Shown here: piece by piece, positions 1 to 6,858 of the stretch
Numbering within the stretch: the first letter of the stretch is position 1
How the letters are laid out: every line of letters begins with the position of its first letter
From: a virus
DNA length: 38,026 nt
Virus record (IMG/VR): IMGVR_UViG_3300029267_002855
Coordinates: 1 to 38,026 of that record
Reading direction: 5' to 3' (one strand)
Program-made: the position numbers and the translations under genes
The notes under the pieces: model-generated
What the model was told of the DNA's origin: nothing
The model's database searches: none
The model's input: the letters and a program-made list of their open reading frames with translations, nothing else

Positions 1-144
1 CCTATTGCTCGTTACACATTCAAACGTAGATGAGGTATGCGATGATGTGAGGAATTGCGGTTGAACACTTGCTTCAACAAAATACCGAGCTGTAACAGGC
101 GCTGTGAAAGTATATGTGCCAGTATTAAAGTCACTATTTTGATC
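1..144. repeat. Window-terminal direct repeat, copy 1 (identical to 37883..38026); circular-assembly overlap or terminal redundancy
   Basis: Compared base by base: all 144 nt are identical to the last 144 nt of the window. A minus-strand frame crosses the junction without a stop. Confidence 0.95.
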
Positions 145-456
145 AAAAATCTCTTGGTTAAATTGAACTGTCCATGTACTCCCGTCACCCGTTACATTGT
201 TATAAGTCGTGCTCATTTCAACAAGTACTGCTGGCTGCAAGGGCATTGTTCGTTCACCATCCGATGTCATGATAAAAAAATCTGTAGTCCCTAAAGCTGA
301 CCCACTAGCAACTTTAAATTTATCCGAATCATCGTCGTCAACCCCCATGCGATATTTTCCAGTACCGTTTATACTGAATTGTGTAAAACTATCACCACTT
401 CCTGGATCTATAGTTATCGACCCACCCTTGTTATCTATACTATTTATTTTTGCCAT
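1..456 (-). CDS. C1q/TNF-like knob protein, paralog 3, N-terminal 152 codons (gene wraps the junction and continues at 37882..37679; 219 aa in total)
   Basis: ATG at 456..454, 8 nt after the stop of 465..1133. Hand translation MAKINSIDNKGGSITIDPGSG...MPLQPAVLVEM...EIFDQNSDFNTGTYTFTAPVTARYFVE...CVTSNR is in frame with TYLLSYVNPY... at the window end. It is collinear with the two neighbouring paralogs. Confidence 0.85.
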   Translation of the reverse strand, partial: MAKINSIDNKGGSITIDPGSGDSFTQFSINGTGKYRMGVDDDDSDKFKVASGSALGTTDFFIMTSDGERTMPLQPAVLVEMSTTYNNVTGDGSTWTVQFNQEIFDQNSDFNTGTYTFTAPVTARYFVEASVQPQFLTSSHTSSTFECVTSNR

Positions 457-464
457 CGCTACCC

Positions 465-1133
465 CTAAGCTACTAAAAACCCTTGTAAACACGTTGATAT
501 TGGAGATGAACCACCTATAATATCAACCACTTTTGATCCACCACTGGGTTGCTGCATAATCAACACACTTGTTGTTGCAGTATCAGACGCATCCATATCC
601 GCCAAACATGTAATCTTGAATACCTTTACCGTGCTTACAGAACAAACATACGGATTCATATGCTCACACATAAAAGTTCTATTGCTTGTATTTATATACG
701 CAACCACTACATCATGACTAGAGGTAAGCCCAGATGCTTCAATGGTTGCAGTTAGTAAATACCGGCCTGTTATCGGAGCGGTAAACGTGTCCGAAGCAAC
801 ACTGCTACTCTGATCAAATATGCTACTATCTACGTCGCATGTGTAATTTGTGCCGTCGCCCGTTACATTGCTATCAGTCGAGCTGTTATAATAGCTAAAA
901 GCTGGTTGTAAAGGCATTGTTATAGCACCATCGGTCGTCATTTTAAACGTGTCATTTGTGCCCAAACTTGAACCCTGGGAAAGCTTCAACATATCTGAAT
1001 CATCATCATCAATACCCAGTCGGAATTCCCCAGTTCCTCCAATATCGTATTGGACAAATGGATCTATCCCAGTCGATCCTTGATCCAATGTCAGCTCATC
1101 AGTCCAATTATTTATAGCATTTATTTTTGCCAT
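465..1133 (-). CDS. C1q/TNF-like knob protein, paralog 2 (putative distal receptor-binding protein)
   Basis: 222-aa ORF. Its N-terminus MAKINAINN..ELTLDQGS is shared with the neighbours. It carries a gC1q-type signature: LQPAFSYYNS, SSIFDQSS, FTAPITGRYLL. It is tightly packed with flanking genes. Confidence 0.8.
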   Translation of the reverse strand: MAKINAINNWTDELTLDQGSTGIDPFVQYDIGGTGEFRLGIDDDDSDMLKLSQGSSLGTNDTFKMTTDGAITMPLQPAFSYYNSSTDSNVTGDGTNYTCDVDSSIFDQSSSVASDTFTAPITGRYLLTATIEASGLTSSHDVVVAYINTSNRTFMCEHMNPYVCSVSTVKVFKITCLADMDASDTATTSVLIMQQPSGGSKVVDIIGGSSPISTCLQGFLVA

Positions 1134-1140
1134 ATTATTC

Positions 1141-1803
1141 CTATACTGCTAAATAGCCACAAAACCTCGTTACCATATCACCACCGCCTTCAACATCTAT
1201 CGTTTTGGTTCCCCCAGAAACTGTAAGCTGTACGTAGGCCGTGTCAGAGGCGTCCATGTCTGCAATTATCAACCCTTGATGCCCAAAGCCAGCAAGACTT
1301 CCGCTTATATCACACGTATCTGGATCACAATTATTTATAAGATAAGTTCTATTACTTGTGACTATACTGCATGAACTTCCAGTATGACCACTAATATCAT
1401 GTATCTTAATACTAAAAAACAGTACGTACCGGCCTGTGGTAGGGGCGGTGAAAACGCCCGTACTGGAATTATAGTCACTACCTTGATCAAATATTTCCGT
1501 GTTACATATTATCTGGTATGCCGTAGAGTCACCCGTTACATCGTTATCATCTGCTGAATTATACGCACTAAACGCCGGCTGTAAGCCAAACCTAGTCTCA
1601 CCTGTTGGCTCAGATGTCATAGCATTACTAGAGCCTAATGAACCACCAGTGCTAATATAAAATCTATCAACGCTACCATCAGGAGTTCCTAACACATATT
1701 TATTTGACGTGTTGATATCAAATTGTATCCTAGACTTCCCGCTACTTCCTTCGTCAATAGTCAGCTCTTGAGCCTTATTGTCTATGCTATTTACCTTAGC
1801 CAT
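1141..1803 (-). CDS. C1q/TNF-like knob protein, paralog 1 (putative distal receptor-binding protein)
   Basis: 220-aa ORF with MAKVNSIDNKAQELTIDEGS, LQPAFSAYNS, TEIFDQGSDYNSSTGVFTAPTTGRYVLFF, TSNRTY and ADMDASDTA. These are the same motifs, in the same order, as 465..1133. Confidence 0.8.
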   Translation of the reverse strand: MAKVNSIDNKAQELTIDEGSSGKSRIQFDINTSNKYVLGTPDGSVDRFYISTGGSLGSSNAMTSEPTGETRFGLQPAFSAYNSADDNDVTGDSTAYQIICNTEIFDQGSDYNSSTGVFTAPTTGRYVLFFSIKIHDISGHTGSSCSIVTSNRTYLINNCDPDTCDISGSLAGFGHQGLIIADMDASDTAYVQLTVSGGTKTIDVEGGGDMVTRFCGYLAV

Positions 1804-1811
1804 ACTTACTC

Positions 1812-4148
1812 CTACACAACTGTAAAGTTACCAACACTACTTGCCACTACCCAATCCGTATTAGCTGTAATACAAACCAATTTTATAGTCCCATACTGGA
1901 TATCAGCAGTAAGTGAGCCACCCGTTCCGGTTGTAGTTGAAGAGCCACCAAAGTGTACAGTCTCTCCAGCATTTTGAGCTATCTTAAATTTCCCTGCACC
2001 CTTACCAACAACTTCAACAACAGATCCTAAAGCTGCTGTGTCAGGTAAAGTTACCGTAACTAAACCAGCATTGTTTGCCACATACCCATTATCTACTGAA
2101 GCTGTCTGAGATGTTCCTGTTACTTCTGACCAAGTAATTCCACCACCGCTTGAAGCTGTAGATCCAAGTTCACCATTAGCATCAATAATAACAGTCTCTG
2201 TTGCGCCACCAGGAGTTACACCATGGATACCAGCTATGAAGCAACTATTTTGCTGCTTATTACCAGTGCCCTGCGTACCTATCCGTATAGTATTATTATC
2301 TCCTACTGTACCTGGATTATGAATTAATAAATTATCACTATCATTTGTTGTAAGAGCATTTCCACAACCAGATCCAATTGCTACATTATAACTTCCAGAT
2401 ACTAAAGCTGCATATGCTGACCCTCCAATACCAATATTATGACTACCTGTCGTTAAAGCTGCTGCACAATTAACACCAAAACACATATTGCTTCCCCCAG
2501 AAGTACACTTCCAAAGGGCCTGCGTTCCTAGTGCTGTATTGTAAGAACCATCTTGCAGATCTGACAATGAATTATAACCAATACTAACGTTGCTTTCGCC
2601 AGTCGTAAGAGCATCTAATGCATTAACACCAACTCCAACATTAAACCCATTCCCAGTTGTTGTGCCATTGCCAGCATTAAAACCAATAAATGCATTATTG
2701 GTACCATATGCATGAAAAAATCTTGTGCTATTTACTTCTATAACACCTTCAGACAATGCAGCATTAGTTGTCGGTAGATTTAAGTTTCCAGCAGTGATGG
2801 TCACATCTCCTGTTGTTGCAGTTAATCCCGTTCCTGCCGTAATTAAACCTTGAGATATAGGAGCCTTACCCCATTCATCTATAGTTTCAAGTGCTGCTTG
2901 AACATTAGTATCCGCTGCACTCAAAATCCAGTCAAAATTTGTTACATCTGTTAAGACTAATGAAGCAGTGTTAGTGCCTGAAGTTGTAGATCCTGAACCA
3001 ACTGTCTGTTTATCTATAATAACATCTACTATAGAGTTAGATGATTCGGAATATATTATATATCCAAGTCTTGCTAACTCTAGGTATGCTAGCTCACCTG
3101 ATGCCGATGCTGGATCTCCATTTGCAATTGCTGTTTGAGCAGAAGCTAAATTATTATATTCTGCTGTGTGCATCACTGAAAAATAAACAGGCGTTGAAGT
3201 ATTTAAATCGTCTTTAGATACATAAAGTTTATAGATACCAAATTTATTAGTATTTAAAGCTGTTGGTGTTCCTGCGTTATTATATTGTCCGGTAAATGTA
3301 TCACTTTGAGTATTCCTTGCCCATTTACCTGAGCCATTTGTATAGTACTGCTCCCATACAACTCCCACACCTGAGCTGTCCGGGATGTCCGTGTAAAGAC
3401 CATGATCAGAGAGCTCATCTGCTCCATTAATCTGAATCTTTTGTGTACCATTAAGAGTGATATTAGCGCCACCAGCATGATTTTCGATAACTATACCTGT
3501 TGTCTCATGTGCCCAATAAGAGGCTGCAACAGGAAAATCATATGGATGATTCTCTTTAACTGTTACCTGTATATTAGTACCTGAAGTAGAGTCACGCATA
3601 CACTCAAACAAGACTATATAATCCTGGAATGTCGCCAATGAAAATGTAGTTGTCTTGCCTATATTACCAGCACTATCAATATATATTAAATATGTATTAC
3701 CAGCTGTCATGCCTGTAACCGTCTGTGAACCTGCCCATGTGACAGGTACACCTTTAATGTATCCAGTGCCAGCCTCTAAAACAGTAAATTGCCCGAGTGT
3801 AGTATCATCATAATATGGTGAACCACCAGACCAACCCTCAAAACCTGTATCAGTTTTTAAGACATCATATGTATCTAACGTTGTACTACTTGCCGCTCCG
3901 GACGTTTGTAACGGGCCCGATCCCACAATGGAAAATGACCCACTAGCGGGTGTACATGTCCCTGAATCCGTAGTAATTGAAGTTGCTACAGCATCAAAAT
4001 TGATATTCCTATCATCTACCGTCCACGTACGAGTTGTCGCAGTTGTGATGCCAGATACATCATAAGTCAGAACCTTAGTGTTATCTGCATCATCCTTAAT
4101 ATCTAAACCGGTTGATGCATCATTAATACAATTCCTTACTGTCGCCAT
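1812..4148 (-). CDS. Long tail fibre (778 aa): shared N-terminal anchor, adhesin-head-like repeats, shared C-terminal knob
   Basis: The first 57 aa are identical to the 4379..5023 product. The middle has GxNxxAhG-type repeats (NTALGTQAL, NIGIGGSAYAAL, NVAIGSGCGNAL). CFIAGIHGVTPGG..IIDANGELG and the last ~105 aa are homologous to the C-terminus of 5033..6454. Confidence 0.8.
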   Translation of the reverse strand: MATVRNCINDASTGLDIKDDADNTKVLTYDVSGITTATTRTWTVDDRNINFDAVATSITTDSGTCTPASGSFSIVGSGPLQTSGAASSTTLDTYDVLKTDTGFEGWSGGSPYYDDTTLGQFTVLEAGTGYIKGVPVTWAGSQTVTGMTAGNTYLIYIDSAGNIGKTTTFSLATFQDYIVLFECMRDSTSGTNIQVTVKENHPYDFPVAASYWAHETTGIVIENHAGGANITLNGTQKIQINGADELSDHGLYTDIPDSSGVGVVWEQYYTNGSGKWARNTQSDTFTGQYNNAGTPTALNTNKFGIYKLYVSKDDLNTSTPVYFSVMHTAEYNNLASAQTAIANGDPASASGELAYLELARLGYIIYSESSNSIVDVIIDKQTVGSGSTTSGTNTASLVLTDVTNFDWILSAADTNVQAALETIDEWGKAPISQGLITAGTGLTATTGDVTITAGNLNLPTTNAALSEGVIEVNSTRFFHAYGTNNAFIGFNAGNGTTTGNGFNVGVGVNALDALTTGESNVSIGYNSLSDLQDGSYNTALGTQALWKCTSGGSNMCFGVNCAAALTTGSHNIGIGGSAYAALVSGSYNVAIGSGCGNALTTNDSDNLLIHNPGTVGDNNTIRIGTQGTGNKQQNSCFIAGIHGVTPGGATETVIIDANGELGSTASSGGGITWSEVTGTSQTASVDNGYVANNAGLVTVTLPDTAALGSVVEVVGKGAGKFKIAQNAGETVHFGGSSTTTGTGGSLTADIQYGTIKLVCITANTDWVVASSVGNFTVV

Positions 4149-4369
4149 TATTCATCCTCAACCTTAGAAGTTTCATACTCCCGCTCTTCCTTTTTAATCT
4201 TATCTTGTTCCTCAGGAGTAAAATCTATTTCAATACCTGTATGATTTTCAATTATTTGCTCAGCTATTTGCTCAACAACATTATCTTTTTTTTTAATTAT
4301 TATAGTTGTTATTGCACCTACAATAAGAGATACCCCTACAACTATTGCACCAACTATATTTAATCCCAT
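4148..4369 (-). CDS. Small single-pass membrane protein with an acidic tail (holin-like or fibre-associated; function unknown)
   Basis: 73 aa. One N-terminal TM helix (IVGAIVVGVSLIVGAITTIII) is followed by a K/E/D-rich tail. Its stop overlaps the next start (TAATG). Confidence 0.6.
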   Translation of the reverse strand: MGLNIVGAIVVGVSLIVGAITTIIIKKKDNVVEQIAEQIIENHTGIEIDFTPEEQDKIKKEEREYETSKVEDE

Positions 4370-4378
4370 AATTACTCC

Positions 4379-5023
4379 TTAAACAACGGTTAAATCAGTT
4401 CTACCACTTAATTGTGCCCATGTAGTATTCGCAACAACACACACTAACTCTAACGGCATAGACTTTCCAGATGTGGAACTATATGAAACTGAGCCTCCTG
4501 TACCAGTTGTACTTGTACCATTAGCTATAGTAATAATCTTTTGGCCAGCATTTTGAGTAACTGTAACTCCACTATGAGCAGTATAAGCAACAAGTCGTAA
4601 AATATCACCTACACTTGAAGTTGATGGTAATAATGGGCTTGCAGACCCTCCGCCACTAGCCGCTATATATCCAGTATTTACAACACCTGTAAATGGATAC
4701 GTTTGATCATCTATCCAATTGATCACACCACCAGAGCCACCAGTACTTGTCACAGTTATAGTGTCTGAACTAGCTGAGGTGGTCACTCCACCTGACCCTT
4801 CAATGGAAAACGTCCCACTGGCGGGTGTACATGTCCCTGAGTCAGTACCCACGGAAGTTGCTACAGCATCAAAATTAATATTCCTATCATCCACAGTCCA
4901 GGTTCGAGTTGTTGCTGTTGTAATACCTGAAACATCATAAGTAAGTACTTTTGTGTTGTCTGCATCATCTTTGATGTCTAGACCTGTTGATGCATCATTT
5001 ATACAGTTCCTTACAGTAGCCAT
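4379..5023 (-). CDS. Short tail fibre (214 aa): same N-terminal anchor as the 778-aa fibre, diverged copy of the shared C-terminal knob
   Basis: Residues 1-57 are identical in protein to 1812..4148. The C-terminus (..GY..LP.TSSVGD...TQNAGQKI...TGTGGS...LELVCVVANTTW...DLTVV) is collinear with the knobs of the 778- and 473-aa fibres. Confidence 0.8.
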   Translation of the reverse strand: MATVRNCINDASTGLDIKDDADNTKVLTYDVSGITTATTRTWTVDDRNINFDAVATSVGTDSGTCTPASGTFSIEGSGGVTTSASSDTITVTSTGGSGGVINWIDDQTYPFTGVVNTGYIAASGGGSASPLLPSTSSVGDILRLVAYTAHSGVTVTQNAGQKIITIANGTSTTGTGGSVSYSSTSGKSMPLELVCVVANTTWAQLSGRTDLTVV

Positions 5024-5032
5024 ATATATCTC

Positions 5033-6454
5033 CTATGCTACGGTTATATTTCCTTTAGATGTCAACAAAGTCCATGTTGTATCTGCTACAGTACACAAAA
5101 CCTCTACTGCGTCATAATCATCTGTAGACTCTAGATATCCAGTAGCTCCAACCGTTGTTGCCGTAGCTTCATCCCAAATAATCTGCTCACCAGCATTTTG
5201 AGCAAGCTTCCAGCCACCACCACCTTTACCACAAATACGTACAATTGATCCTAAAGCTGCTGTATCAGGCAGTGTTACAGTTACTTGTGCTGCATTATTT
5301 GTTATATAGCCACTATCTACAGCGGCCGCTTGAGTTGTTCCTGTAACTTCTGACCAAGCAAGTCCCGTGCTACCTGTATATGAAATTGTAATAGTACCAG
5401 CACCATTGGCTATTCCTATGTCGGCTCCTGCGGTCAGTGTTGCAAGTACTTGATTTGCCCCGGTTGATCCAATTGGGATTTGTCCATTGGTTGCAGCACC
5501 TAATGTACCTAATTCACCATTAGCATCAATTATAGCTGTTTGTGCCACAGCTCCTGGAGTTACACCATGAATACCAGCTATAAAGCAACTATCTTGCTCT
5601 CCTGCACCTGATCCTTGTGTTCCGATATGTATTGTGTTGTCTTCACCTAACACCCCATCATTGGAAATGCAAATATTTGATGACTCTGCCCCAGTATAAT
5701 TAATACCAGAACCGGACCCTATGGCAACATTCAGATCTCCAGTTGTAAGCGTTGACAATACTGGCGTTCCCATACCAACATTTAATGAGCCTGTTGTAAT
5801 ATTTTCACCTGAATAACTACCAATCATAGAGTTAAAATTTCCTGTAGTGGTGTCTGTCAAACTATTAAAGCCTAAACAAGTATTATCTCTTCCAGTAGTA
5901 AGCACGCTTCCACTATTGATACCAAAAAATGTATTTCGAGTACCTAAATTATGCATAAACAATAAGCCGCCAATACGCCACACACCTTCAGTAAATGCCA
6001 CATTTGTAACAGGCATACTAAAGTTTCCACCAGTTGACACACTGCCTGGAAAGTCTGGAGCAATTAAACTAAGATCCTGATCGCACATTGTCAAAGTACG
6101 AGTATTTCCTGTTGTAATCTGATCACACTGGATAGCAAACAACTTACTATTATCACCATCATCATATACTCTAAATACATCATCTTGAAATGTTGGACCT
6201 ATACCAGCCCCGACGGCACTAATAGTAATCGAACCAGGAGCATCAAGTATATTGATATTTGCGCCAGCAGTTAGGTTTGCTAATACTGGATCGTTTCCAG
6301 CACTTCCGATAGGCAAAACTCCGTCACCAGCAACAGCTAATGAAACTAACGAGCCATCAGCCGCACCAACTAATAAAGCATGCTCCGTGGCACCTGTTAA
6401 ATTAGTAATATCTAGGGTTCCAGTAAAATCAGATCCAAATATAATCTGTGACAT
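5033..6454 (-). CDS. Tail fibre (473 aa) with adhesin-head-like repeats and the shared C-terminal knob
   Basis: It has NTFFGINSGSVLTTGRDNTCLGFNSL.. repeats. CFIAGIHGVTPGA..IIDANGELG and WSEVTGTTQAAAVDSGYITNNAAQVTVTLPDTAALGS..AQNAGE..GNITVA match 1812..4148. The G.hPIGS.G..PVLA.LTAG..I module occurs twice. Confidence 0.8.
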   Translation of the reverse strand: MSQIIFGSDFTGTLDITNLTGATEHALLVGAADGSLVSLAVAGDGVLPIGSAGNDPVLANLTAGANINILDAPGSITISAVGAGIGPTFQDDVFRVYDDGDNSKLFAIQCDQITTGNTRTLTMCDQDLSLIAPDFPGSVSTGGNFSMPVTNVAFTEGVWRIGGLLFMHNLGTRNTFFGINSGSVLTTGRDNTCLGFNSLTDTTTGNFNSMIGSYSGENITTGSLNVGMGTPVLSTLTTGDLNVAIGSGSGINYTGAESSNICISNDGVLGEDNTIHIGTQGSGAGEQDSCFIAGIHGVTPGAVAQTAIIDANGELGTLGAATNGQIPIGSTGANQVLATLTAGADIGIANGAGTITISYTGSTGLAWSEVTGTTQAAAVDSGYITNNAAQVTVTLPDTAALGSIVRICGKGGGGWKLAQNAGEQIIWDEATATTVGATGYLESTDDYDAVEVLCTVADTTWTLLTSKGNITVA

Positions 6455-6462
6455 AATACCCC

Positions 6463-6837
6463 CTATATAACTCTATATGAAGACGATATTGTAACCAATC
6501 CAGCTGTAGGATCTGTTCCCGCAACAAGTGACTTAACATAAAACTGAGTACCCTTAGGAAATACTATACCATTTGCAGCAATATCAGTCACAGATCCACC
6601 ATTACTTTTAACTGGAAAATGATCCTCTACACCGTCTAAACTTACCCATAAATTAGCATCGCTAAAATTATATACTGAATCAATCCGACATGGATGATCT
6701 AATGGTGTACCAACAGCAACATAAACACCCGCAACAGGAGTTACCGCAGTATCTAAAGTTCTTGCTGGCTCCATCCACCCACGTTCGGCTGATTGAAATG
6801 TATATGCATTCATATTATTCCTTAAAGTGGGCGCCAT
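6463..6837 (-). CDS. Hypothetical beta-rich virion-module protein
   Basis: 124-aa ORF packed between two fibre genes. No motif recognised. Confidence 0.5.
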   Translation of the reverse strand: MAPTLRNNMNAYTFQSAERGWMEPARTLDTAVTPVAGVYVAVGTPLDHPCRIDSVYNFSDANLWVSLDGVEDHFPVKSNGGSVTDIAANGIVFPKGTQFYVKSLVAGTDPTAGLVTISSSYRVI

Positions 6838-6858
6838 AAAGACGCCCTTTAATTAAAT

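Noticed and set aside
55-755. Plus-strand ORFs 55..294, 209..520 and 549..755 at the window start.
   Set aside because: They lie antisense to the C1q-like genes, whose products have clear paralog and domain support. The plus-strand ORFs have no RBS and their translations are low-complexity or odd. They are shadow ORFs.
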